Of a stretch of DNA of 64,000 nucleotides, positions 48,436 through 57,015 are shown piece after piece. The stretch is taken from positions 64,001 to 128,000 of IMG/VR virus record IMGVR_UViG_3300037255_000025, one strand, 5' to 3'. Under the pieces are notes generated by a model, which ran no database searches, was not told the DNA's origin, and saw only the letters and a program-made list of their open reading frames with translations. Positions within the stretch are counted from its first letter, which is position 1. Each line of letters opens with the position of its first letter. The DNA is from a virus (taxonomy: Duplodnaviria; Caudoviricetes). A program made the translations under genes and the position numbers.

Positions 48436-48768
48436 GTGCCCTGGATCATCAAGCTCACGGAGCTGGCCACGACGCACTGGCCCTCCCCGGGACGGACGGC
48501 GTACCTGCGGGCGTGGCCCCAAGGCCCTGTTGGGTGGCGCGCCGTCCAGATGACGCACATCGTCGCGACCGACGGCGCGGCCGTTTGGGTGCCAGAGCTG
48601 AGCCTGGCGAAGGTGTTCGCCACCGAGGAGATCGCGCGCGCCGCGGCGGACCGATGCCGGTCCAAGATCGGGGAGGCGCGGTTTGTGCGGCTTGAGTTCG
48701 CGGACTGGGCGGGGGAACTGTTGGAGCGAGAAGCCGCCCACGCTGGGGGTAAGGGACCGCGAACGTGA
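48436..48768 (+). CDS. 'ADELLEREA' family small protein
   Basis: VPWIIK...AKVFATEEIA...ADWAGELLEREAA. Confidence 0.78.
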   Translation: MPWIIKLTELATTHWPSPGRTAYLRAWPQGPVGWRAVQMTHIVATDGAAVWVPELSLAKVFATEEIARAAADRCRSKIGEARFVRLEFADWAGELLEREAAHAGGKGPRT

Positions 48769-49988
48769 AGATCCTCCGAGCGTACAAGACCGAGCTGGAC
48801 CCCACGGTCTCCCAGACCGAGCAGCTCCTACAGCACGCCGGTTGCGCTCGCTGGGCTTACAACTGGGGTCTCCGAAGGAAGATCGAGTCCTACGAAGCTA
48901 CGGGCAAGAGTCCGTCCTGGGTGGATCTCAACCGCGAGCTGAACGTGATCAAGAAGCTCCCCAAGGAAGCCGGCGGGGTCCCGTGGATGTACGAGTCCTC
49001 GAAGTGTGCCCCGCAGGAAGCGCTCCGAAACCTTGATCGAGCCTTTGAGGGCTTCTTTCGTCGGTGTAAGAGCGGCTCGAAGCGGAAAGGCTTCCCTCGG
49101 TTCAAGTCTCGTAAGCGGGGCATCGGTAGCTTCAAGTTCAGCGGAACGATTCATGTAGAAGAGCGACGGGTTCAGCTTCCCCGTCTCGGGAAGATCAAGC
49201 TCAAGCAACGCGGGTACCTCCCGACCTCGGGGGTGAAGATCCTCTCAGCTTCGGTCTCGGAGCGAGCGGGGCGGTGGTTCGTTTCGATCCAGGTTGAACA
49301 GGGGCTACCGGATCCCGCACCCAAGCCCACGTCGGTTCTCGGGATCGACGTTGGGATCAAGAATCTCGGGGTCACCAGCGAAGGCGAGGTCTTCTCCAAC
49401 CCGAAGGCGCTCCTGGCAGCGCAGAAGCTTCTCCGAGCGCGTCAGAAGTCTCTCGCGAGAAAGACCAAAGGATCGAACAACAGGAGGAAAACGGCCGCTA
49501 GGGTCGCCCGTCTACACGCTAGGATCTCCAATATCCGGAGGGATTCGATCCACAAGATGACGACTGCGATCACCAAGCAGGCGTCGGTTCTCGTGATCGA
49601 GGATCTCAACGTCCTTGGGATGCTGAGAAACCACTGTCTCGCCCGGTCTCTGTCGGATGCCTCCCTCGGGGAGATCCGCCGGCAGCTCACCTACAAGAGC
49701 AAGTGGCGCGGGGTCGAGCTTCGGGTAGCGGACCGCTTCTATCCAAGCAGCAAGAGGTGCTCGGGGTGTGGAGCGGTCAAGGTCTCGCTCTCGTTGGCCG
49801 AGAGGGTCTACCGATGCGAGCTTTGTGGTCTCGTGATCGATCGAGACCTGAACGCTGCCCTCAACTTGAAAGATTTGGCCGGGAGTTCCCCGGTGCAAGC
49901 CTGTCGCCCTGGAGGCTCTGGTGCTGCTCTTACGAGCGGTACGAAACCTCTGGTTGGGCAGGAACCGAACCGGGAGGCTTCCTCGTGA
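48765..49988 (+). CDS. tnpB: TnpB RNA-guided endonuclease (IS605/IS607 OrfB), no adjacent transposase
   Basis: RAYKTELDPT, ARWAYN, GFPRFK, GIDVG (RuvC-I), IEDLN (II), CSGC/CELC, DRDLNAA (III). Confidence 0.96.
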   Translation: MKILRAYKTELDPTVSQTEQLLQHAGCARWAYNWGLRRKIESYEATGKSPSWVDLNRELNVIKKLPKEAGGVPWMYESSKCAPQEALRNLDRAFEGFFRRCKSGSKRKGFPRFKSRKRGIGSFKFSGTIHVEERRVQLPRLGKIKLKQRGYLPTSGVKILSASVSERAGRWFVSIQVEQGLPDPAPKPTSVLGIDVGIKNLGVTSEGEVFSNPKALLAAQKLLRARQKSLARKTKGSNNRRKTAARVARLHARISNIRRDSIHKMTTAITKQASVLVIEDLNVLGMLRNHCLARSLSDASLGEIRRQLTYKSKWRGVELRVADRFYPSSKRCSGCGAVKVSLSLAERVYRCELCGLVIDRDLNAALNLKDLAGSSPVQACRPGGSGAALTSGTKPLVGQEPNREASS

Positions 49989-50009
49989 AGCAAACCGGCC
50001 CGGAGAACG
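49833..50009 (+). ncRNA. TnpB omegaRNA scaffold overlapping the tnpB 3' end
   Basis: Expected position for a TnpB omegaRNA; conserved with the 21123-21295 copy, ending CGGAGAACG. Confidence 0.7.
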
Positions 50010-50512
50010 TATTCGGTCCGTTCTTTCAAGTCGTCGACTGCGCGGCCGATGCCCCGCCGGCCGCGGCGGTCTCGCCCATCGACTTCCTCAACGCCCAGCT
50101 CACCCAAGTGACGCAGGAGCTCGACGAGGCGCTGGAGAAGCTCGAACGGATGCCGTGCGGTCACGCGCGGTTCGAGCAGCACCGAGAGATGCACGCGAGC
50201 GCTACGCCGTACTGCACGGTCTGCCGGATCAACCACGACTACCGGGTACTCGAAGAAGAGGAAGCGCGTCTCGACCTAGCGCTCGAGAAGACCCAACAGG
50301 AACTCGATCGTGTCCGCACCGCGCTGCAAGAGGCCTCCGTGGTTGCGACGAAGGCCACCGATAGGCTTCTGGATTCCCTGCCCGGTCGGGTCCTTCGCCC
50401 GTTGCGCGAGGCGGTCGATGCGCTGCGCAAGTCCGGCGACATCGAGGGCGTGATGAACGCTCAGCGCGACATCATCGATGCAGCGCTTGTGCTGTTCCCA
50501 GAAGCAACCTAG
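49985..50512 (+). CDS. Coiled-coil hypothetical protein
   Basis: GTGA overlap; MPCGH...YCTVC; start uncertain. Confidence 0.6.
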   Translation: MKQTGPENVFGPFFQVVDCAADAPPAAAVSPIDFLNAQLTQVTQELDEALEKLERMPCGHARFEQHREMHASATPYCTVCRINHDYRVLEEEEARLDLALEKTQQELDRVRTALQEASVVATKATDRLLDSLPGRVLRPLREAVDALRKSGDIEGVMNAQRDIIDAALVLFPEAT

Positions 50513-51210
50513 CGATCAGCCCGTTCGGCACGGGCGATCATGTCGTCGTTCGCCGCCCTGTGGGCTTCCCTGTCGTGGTGATCTTCCGCGTGCGCGTGAG
50601 TCGACGCCATCAACGTGTTGCTGGCCTTCTTCCACGCGTCCTTCGCGTCGGAGTGGGCTTGGGCTGCGTTCTGGTGAAGCTCTTCGAGGGTTTGGTCACC
50701 GCGAGTGACCCCCGCGTTAGCCAACTTCGTGGCAGCGTTAGCGGCCGCCGACGCGGTCTTCGCCGCGTTTTCCTTCGCCGATGTCTTCTGCGCCGCCACG
50801 TCTAGGGTCTTCGCGTCGCCTTGGTGCGCGGTCGCGGCCGCTTCGTGCGCCGTGGCCGCTTTGTCGTGTTGCTCGACGGCGTTCTCGTGGGCGTATGCCA
50901 TGTCCGGCGTATCTGTCTTCTTCTGCTTCTCATGGTCCGCGGAGGCTTCCTTGTGGGCCCCCGCAGCCTTCAGGTGCGCGGCAGCCGCATCCTTGTGCGC
51001 GGAAGACGTACCCTTGTCCTGGGCCGCGCGCGTCGCGGCCCCAGCTGCTTGTGACAGTTTCGCCGCGGCCCCCGACTTCCCGCCGAGGTCTTCAGTTCCC
51101 GAACCGCGGCGCTCCGCCGCGTTACCCGCGCCGGTAGACGCGAACCGGCCGTGTTCATCACGCTCGGCCTTCGTCACCAGGAAGCTCAACCGCTTTCGAG
51201 TCGTTTCCAT
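50509..51210 (-). CDS. Ala/His-rich putative internal head protein
   Basis: LVTK|A then RDEHGRF; AAxAH repeats; GGTAAGG leader. Confidence 0.7.
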   Translation of the reverse strand: METTRKRLSFLVTKAERDEHGRFASTGAGNAAERRGSGTEDLGGKSGAAAKLSQAAGAATRAAQDKGTSSAHKDAAAAHLKAAGAHKEASADHEKQKKTDTPDMAYAHENAVEQHDKAATAHEAAATAHQGDAKTLDVAAQKTSAKENAAKTASAAANAATKLANAGVTRGDQTLEELHQNAAQAHSDAKDAWKKASNTLMASTHAHAEDHHDREAHRAANDDMIARAERADR

Positions 51211-51238
51211 CGCAGGTACCTTACCTCAAGCGGGTGTT

Positions 51239-52054
51239 TTAACGGAGACCGAGCGCTCGGAGCTTCTTTTCCACAGTTGAGCGGGCACGGCCGAGATCCC
51301 GGGGCCAGTCGACGACCTTGACGATCTCGAGGCGCTCGAGCGCCGCGTTGCGCGCGGGAGTCGGCTCGGGCTCGGCCTTCCAAAGACCGTTGACGCCAAG
51401 CCGGCTTCGCTCCGCCGTTTGCTCCGGGGGCGCCGCGCTGGGCTCCTGGCACTTCTTGACCCGGCCGTCCGCGACGTCATCGATTTGCTCCGCCGGCAGG
51501 ACCTCGTTCCCCGCGTCGGCGTCGACGCCCGCCCGGAGGAACAAACCACGGGTCCGCGCCGACCGGGAGGAACTCGACTTGGCCGTGGGTCCCGCCGCGG
51601 GGGCCCCGGGTTCAACGATCTCGGCCAGCATCCACAGCGGCTTGTTCAGTTCGTGCAGGACGTCATCGAGCACGCGGTACGTGTCGGGATCGCGCTCGCC
51701 CGCGACGCTCGCGCGCGTGCTGCTGAGCCGCCGCACGACCGTCTGGAGCATCGTCCGGATCGCCGCCGCGACCGCGATGCCCGTGAGACCCTCGAACGAC
51801 GGCGTGGGCAAGTCGGTCACGACGGTCTCGGCGACGCCGCCCAGCGCCCGCACGCGCTCCATCACGGCGTCGGCATGCTCGGTCAGCAGCCCCTCGTAGA
51901 GCCGCTCGAGGAACCGATGGAGCGCCAGGAACTGCGGGCCCGTGACGTTCACGTGCGCGTTGTGCGCCGCCAACCCAAGCGCGTTCAGCTCCGAGGCACG
52001 CCGGTTCAGCTCCGCCACGAGAGAAGATCGCTCAACGTCGGGCATCGTCATCAC
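51239..52054 (-). CDS. dps: Dps/ferritin-like protein with C-terminal extension
   Basis: HNAHVNVTGPQFLALHRFLE...HADAVMERVRALGG...KPLWML. Confidence 0.85.
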   Translation of the reverse strand: MMTMPDVERSSLVAELNRRASELNALGLAAHNAHVNVTGPQFLALHRFLERLYEGLLTEHADAVMERVRALGGVAETVVTDLPTPSFEGLTGIAVAAAIRTMLQTVVRRLSSTRASVAGERDPDTYRVLDDVLHELNKPLWMLAEIVEPGAPAAGPTAKSSSSRSARTRGLFLRAGVDADAGNEVLPAEQIDDVADGRVKKCQEPSAAPPEQTAERSRLGVNGLWKAEPEPTPARNAALERLEIVKVVDWPRDLGRARSTVEKKLRALGLR

Positions 52055-52139
52055 CTTGTACCTCTACCAGCGAGACGCGCGGACCGCGAGTTCTTCGGAC
52101 CAAGAGCTGCGCGCAGTTGAGAGCCAAAGGCGGAAAGAG

Positions 52140-55100
52140 CTAGACGGGCGTTCGCCTAGCCAAACCACTGATGCTCCAACCAGTGTACTGGCCCGCCTTG
52201 ATCTGCGCCCAAATCTCGTCGTCGACCACCCTACAGGCGAGCAACCAAGTCCCCTTCGCGACCTTACGGCCGTTGATGATCAGGTCACAGGGTGCGATGT
52301 AACTTTCTACCGGTCGCAAATGCCCGTTCACGAGGACCTTATGCTGGAGATCGATGTTCCGGTAGTCCTCCATCCAGCGGTGCGCCGACTTGGCGATCTC
52401 ATCGGCGTCGTAAGTGTCGAATTGCGCGTCCACCGACGGGGACGGCTTCAGCACAATTCCAAGGATGTACCGCTGCTCTACTGGAGCCGCGTCGTCGGCT
52501 TTCCCGACCTCGACGATCTCGACCTCGCGCTCGTCGGCCTTACGGACGTGGCGCTCGTTGATGAACCCTGGGTCGCCCGTACCCTCGGCTGCGGGCACGA
52601 CCGGGATGAACGGCCGCGTCATCGAGTCCGCGGAGTCGCTGGCCTTCTGGGCGAGACCTTCGAGTGAGCGGTCTGGCGTCGGCGTGTTGCCCTCGGCGGC
52701 GCGCAACGCGGCGCGCACGTCAGGACCCGCGGCCTTTTGGGCGAACTTCCCGTCGTCCTCGCGTGGCTGGTCACCGCCAGACCCCGCGCCCTTGTCGTCC
52801 GCCTTTGAGCCGGTTCCGTCGGGCTTCGCCACCGCGACCTTCTCGGCGTGAGCCTGGCCCGCGTCGAGTTCTCCCTGGAGGTCGGCCCAAGCCTTCGGGT
52901 CGTCGATGTCCGAGTGGAGCCGGTCGAGCGCGTCGTGGGTCTTCTCGGCTGCGGTCTTGTGACCCTCGGCGGCCTCTTGGTGGCGCTCAACGCCCGCCTT
53001 GTCGCCCGCCTCGGCGGCCGCGACGGCGGCGCGCGCGTGCTCCGCCGCGGCTTGCTCGTGGTCCCCGGCGACCTTTGCGGCCGCGGCGGGGTCGGGCTTC
53101 GCGGCCTTGTCCCCGTTGAGCTTGTCTCCGCCGGGCTTCTTTCCGTCAGCGGCGATCTGCCGCGAGGTCGTGCCCGCGCGATCGGAGGCGTGCTGCGAGA
53201 CGATGTCGAGTGCGTTGGACACGACGTTCAGCGTCGAGTGGAGCAGGCTCCGGGCATCGGTGATCTGTGCGGCCTCGTGCAGCAGGTCTAGCCCATGGCC
53301 CGCGCGGGGTGCGGCTCCGTTGGCCGTGCTACCGCTTCCCGAAGCGCGCGGGGTCTTACCGCCCGAAGCCGCCCGCGGGGCCCGGTCCTCGCCCGACAGG
53401 GGCGCACGGCGGTCGTGTTCGCTCACGCGCGCGCCGGTCGAGCGATGGTGCTCGTCGACGTGGACCGACGCCTTCGCGACCGCGGCCTCGTTGATGTCGT
53501 CGAGGAGCTTGCGCGCGGCAGCCGAGCACGACGCCTTCACGTCCGCCGGCAGGTTTGACTGCGGGATCCGCGCGAGCGCGTTGCGCACGTGGGCCGCGTC
53601 GGGCTTGCCGTCCGGACCCCGGACCGGGAAGTGCCGGAGCGTCTTGGGCGTCGTCTTGCCGTCGACCTTCTCGCCGCCGGACTCGACGTGGAGGAACGCG
53701 GAGTCCGGAAGGTCGTTTACCTCGGCAGAACTCCACTCGGCTTTGCGAACCTCGGCGAGGTCGAGCGCCGCCGCCACTGAGTCCTCAAACGCGTCCGCCA
53801 GGAGCGCCTTCGTGACCTCGGCGGGTTCGAGACCCAACAGGGCCTTCACCATCTGCACCGACGTGGTCTGGATGCACTTCAAAGTCGCCGAGGGCTCGTG
53901 TTCTTCGAAGGCTGCCGCCGCCTTGTCGGCGTCCTCGAAGCCAAAGAGGATTGCGTACTCGGAAAACTGGCTGTCGGCTTTCTGGTGTACGGCCCATTGG
54001 GCGCGAGTATCGTTCGCCTTCGGCCCGAGGAAGACGTCCAGGCCCGTCCCGACATCCCCCGCGATCCCGGGGATGAATCCGTAGTCGAACTTGTAGACCA
54101 AGTCGCCCAATTCACTCTTCTGAACGAACCCCGCGGGGCGGTCGACGTGGACCGGGACGCCTTGGTAGTCGACCTTCTTGATGACGGGACCGCGGGGTGC
54201 GCGTCCCGTCGGAAGTGGCTGGCCGGGGGCGTCGTAGCCCTCGGTGTGCCCCTCCTCGCCGACGACCTTCTGCGATACCGCGTAGCCCACGGGGGTGTCG
54301 CGCCGGACCGTGTAGCCCGCGCCGGGCTCGGCTCCGCCGACGCGCTCGTCAGGACCGGGAACCTGCGGGCTGTTCTTCGCCGCGGGCTCGATGCCGTCGT
54401 CCTCATCCGACGGGAGCTTCGCTCCCTTACCGGGCGCGGGAGGCCGCGGCTTTCCCGGAGCCTTCGGGGTCCTGGCCGCAACGCCGCTCTTCGGCGGCCC
54501 CGCCGTGGTGTCCGCGGGGTCCTCCCCAGGCGGGGCCTTGCCGTCGGGACCCGTCTGGTCCTCGCCCTGTCCGGCGAAGTCGCCCAGGCCCGCGCCTTCG
54601 GCGGAGTCCGTCGGCGCAACGCCACTCGTCAGGTCGTCCCAGTCCTTGTCGGTCATGGACGCCAACGCGTCCTGGATGCCGGCGAGGATCGTGTTGGTGA
54701 ACAGCTCGGTCCCGTCGTCATCGCCGAGGTCGGCCTTGAACGTGACGCCGATGGCACGCTGGGCCGCGTGCTTCGCCAAGTGCTCGACCGTGTGTTCGGC
54801 CGCGTGAGCCGCCAGGTGGTGCGCCAGGGCCTCGGCAAAGTGCGGGACGGCGTGCTCGATCGCGGACCCAACGGCGTGTCCGACGCCGGGCAACGCGGCA
54901 CCAACGGCGGCGAACGCGAGCTTGACCGCGACCTTGAGCGCGACGGTCCGCATCGCGGCCTTCTGCTCTGGCGTGACTTCTTTGCCCGTAACGGCGCTCT
55001 TGAGCCCCTGAGCCGCGGTCTTGACCAATCCGACCTCGTGCATGACCGCGCCCTTGAGCGCCTGGGGCGCGCCCTTGATCTTCTCGACCGCGGACGCCAG

Positions 55101-55631
55101 CGCGCCCTTGACCCCGGCGGCGAGCTTCGCCGCGCCCCCGGCGGCGCGCCACGCCGCGACCTCGGCCTTGTTCGGCTGGGTCAACGGGGTCGCGCGCGGG
55201 TCGGGTGAACCGTTCGGCTTGGCGCCCGCGGGACCCGCGTCGGGCTTGTCCCCAGCCGGCTTGGCGCCCGCGGCCCGACCCTTAGGCTCCTTCGCGGGGT
55301 TCACGTCGGTGTACTGGTTGTGATGCGCCTTGCTGACGTCCCAGTCCTTCAGCAGGCGCGTGAACTTGTCCTCGTGCGCCTGGTCCGGGACCAGCATTCC
55401 ACCCGAGGCCAAGTCGCTCTCGCCCACCGGACCCCCGGCGAGCTTGTGGAGCGACTGGACCGCCGACTTGGCCGCGCGGGCGAGCCGGTCCTGGGCAGCG
55501 CTTTGCGCCATCGCGATCTCGGCCGCGAGGTCACCCCGCAGGCTCCGCACGACCTGGCCCGCCCGGGCCGACAGCGCCGCGGGCGTGATCTCGGATTCCT
55601 CACGCGGCGTGAGCTTCGTCGGCAGGGGCAT
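52140..55631 (-). CDS. Multidomain head protein: phage PPase-like domain, DUF6582-like domain, C-terminal XkdF-like prohead serine protease
   Basis: YKFDYGFIPG...LDVFLGP; VNDLPDSAF...RHFP...HVRNALARI; QRYILGIVLKP, DLQH, ESYIAP, KGTW, WAQIKAGQYTGWSISG. Confidence 0.85.
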   Translation of the reverse strand: MPLPTKLTPREESEITPAALSARAGQVVRSLRGDLAAEIAMAQSAAQDRLARAAKSAVQSLHKLAGGPVGESDLASGGMLVPDQAHEDKFTRLLKDWDVSKAHHNQYTDVNPAKEPKGRAAGAKPAGDKPDAGPAGAKPNGSPDPRATPLTQPNKAEVAAWRAAGGAAKLAAGVKGALASAVEKIKGAPQALKGAVMHEVGLVKTAAQGLKSAVTGKEVTPEQKAAMRTVALKVAVKLAFAAVGAALPGVGHAVGSAIEHAVPHFAEALAHHLAAHAAEHTVEHLAKHAAQRAIGVTFKADLGDDDGTELFTNTILAGIQDALASMTDKDWDDLTSGVAPTDSAEGAGLGDFAGQGEDQTGPDGKAPPGEDPADTTAGPPKSGVAARTPKAPGKPRPPAPGKGAKLPSDEDDGIEPAAKNSPQVPGPDERVGGAEPGAGYTVRRDTPVGYAVSQKVVGEEGHTEGYDAPGQPLPTGRAPRGPVIKKVDYQGVPVHVDRPAGFVQKSELGDLVYKFDYGFIPGIAGDVGTGLDVFLGPKANDTRAQWAVHQKADSQFSEYAILFGFEDADKAAAAFEEHEPSATLKCIQTTSVQMVKALLGLEPAEVTKALLADAFEDSVAAALDLAEVRKAEWSSAEVNDLPDSAFLHVESGGEKVDGKTTPKTLRHFPVRGPDGKPDAAHVRNALARIPQSNLPADVKASCSAAARKLLDDINEAAVAKASVHVDEHHRSTGARVSEHDRRAPLSGEDRAPRAASGGKTPRASGSGSTANGAAPRAGHGLDLLHEAAQITDARSLLHSTLNVVSNALDIVSQHASDRAGTTSRQIAADGKKPGGDKLNGDKAAKPDPAAAAKVAGDHEQAAAEHARAAVAAAEAGDKAGVERHQEAAEGHKTAAEKTHDALDRLHSDIDDPKAWADLQGELDAGQAHAEKVAVAKPDGTGSKADDKGAGSGGDQPREDDGKFAQKAAGPDVRAALRAAEGNTPTPDRSLEGLAQKASDSADSMTRPFIPVVPAAEGTGDPGFINERHVRKADEREVEIVEVGKADDAAPVEQRYILGIVLKPSPSVDAQFDTYDADEIAKSAHRWMEDYRNIDLQHKVLVNGHLRPVESYIAPCDLIINGRKVAKGTWLLACRVVDDEIWAQIKAGQYTGWSISGLARRTPV

Positions 55632-55715
55632 GGTGGGGCGAAGCCTACATCGGAAGACGCCGCGGCGTCACCTCACCCGCGCTAAGGCGGCGCCGACCGG
55701 GTAAGATGCTTCGCG

Positions 55716-55913
55716 ATGCCCTACCGCCTGACGATCGACCTTTCCGACGCCTACGCGGCGAAGCTCCGGGCGCTCGCGGAGACCCGGAAGCGGTCCCCCG
55801 AACAGTGCATCCTGGACTTCCTCGCGGCCTGTCAGCCCGGCGGGTCGGGTTGGCGTAACCCCGCGGACGACCACCACGAACGGGCAGACGAACCTGAAGG
55901 TGAAAAACCGTGA
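55716..55913 (+). CDS. Small RHH/CopG-like DNA-binding protein
   Basis: RLTIDLSDAYAAKLRALAETRKRSPEQCI. Confidence 0.7.
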   Translation: MPYRLTIDLSDAYAAKLRALAETRKRSPEQCILDFLAACQPGGSGWRNPADDHHERADEPEGEKP

Positions 55914-56134
55914 CCCCGACGGCGTCTCAGCAGCGCGTGCTCGAGTGTCTACGGGCGACGCCGGGTTGGCTGAGCCGCATGGCGATCGTCCGCGCGACAG
56001 GCTTGGGCCGCGAAGTTGCGGCGGAGGCGCTACACGCCCTACGACGCGCTGGCCTCGTGGAGCGGACGTTCGAGGACAGTGGGATCTGGCGATGGGTGCA
56101 AACGAGCACCCCCGGGGGTAAGGGGCCCGTATGA
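55910..56134 (+). CDS. Small wHTH protein
   Basis: RVLECL...LSRMAIVRATGL...LHALRRAGLVE. Confidence 0.72.
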   Translation: MTPTASQQRVLECLRATPGWLSRMAIVRATGLGREVAAEALHALRRAGLVERTFEDSGIWRWVQTSTPGGKGPV

Positions 56135-56370
56135 AGCCCGCCGAAGTAACGATGCCCGCCCCCGCCCGCATGACCAAGATGCTGAACGACGCCGCCTACG
56201 ACGTGGAGCTGGTGGTGCGACGCCGCGCCGAGTCCACTGCGGACCCTGACGCGCTCACGATGCCGTTCGAGATCCCGATCGGCGCCGATGAGCAGCGCAA
56301 GATCCAGGGCCTCATCGCCGCGAGCCAAGAGGGCGACGAGGGCCCAAAGTTCGGACCGCCCGCGGAGTAG
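56131..56370 (+). CDS. Small hypothetical protein
   Basis: GGGGGTAAGGGG leader, ATGA overlap. Confidence 0.65.
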   Translation: MKPAEVTMPAPARMTKMLNDAAYDVELVVRRRAESTADPDALTMPFEIPIGADEQRKIQGLIAASQEGDEGPKFGPPAE

Positions 56371-57003
56371 CTACTCCGACGAGAACTTTCCGTGGTCGTC
56401 GCGGTGGACGCCCGGGCCAGTCTTCGGCCTAGGGTTCCCACTCGTCGTTGCCATGTTTTTGAGGCCCTCGGCCACCGCTCGGGACAACGCAACCCCGCGT
56501 GCGCCGCCGTACTGAGCGCGGAACGCCTTCGCGGCCTCGGCGGCGCGCTTTCCCGCTTCCATGTCGATGACGCGCTTGGCCTGGTTCCGTAGGGCCTTCC
56601 AGTCGATCGTTACACCGGAGGCTTTGGCGTACGCGGTCCACTGCCGCGTCGTCTTGTCCTGCTTGGCGCTGTTACAGGACAAGCAGCAAGTCAGCATGTT
56701 CTTCGCGTCGGACCCGGCACCATCAAGGTTGCGCGCCAGGATGTGGTCGATCGTGAGCCCCACGCCCTGCCCAGTCGGGTCCTTCGTGTGGCAGTAGGCG
56801 CACGAGTGCCCATCGCGGGCGTACACGGCGTGGCGCGTGGGCTCATAAATCTTCACCGTTTTGGCGCTCTTGCGGAGGAACGCGAGGGCTTTGCGGGTCG
56901 CGCGGACCGCCTTCATCTCGTGACCCGGCGGCGCCACGGCGTTCTCCGGCTGCGAGACCTCCTGGAGCTTCGCGGGCTCGGTACCTAGAAGGAAGTGGCG
57001 CAC
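56371..57003 (-). CDS. HNH endonuclease with C-terminal RDDHGKF motif
   Basis: VYARDGHSCAYC...LTIDHI...NMLTCCLSCNSAK; start may be ATG 56916. Confidence 0.88.
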   Translation of the reverse strand: MRHFLLGTEPAKLQEVSQPENAVAPPGHEMKAVRATRKALAFLRKSAKTVKIYEPTRHAVYARDGHSCAYCHTKDPTGQGVGLTIDHILARNLDGAGSDAKNMLTCCLSCNSAKQDKTTRQWTAYAKASGVTIDWKALRNQAKRVIDMEAGKRAAEAAKAFRAQYGGARGVALSRAVAEGLKNMATTSGNPRPKTGPGVHRDDHGKFSSE

Positions 57004-57015
57004 GGTCCGAGAGCG

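Noticed and set aside
48765-49988. Nuclease-dead TldR or Cas12f with an array
   Set aside because: All three RuvC acidic residues are present and there is no CRISPR array nearby
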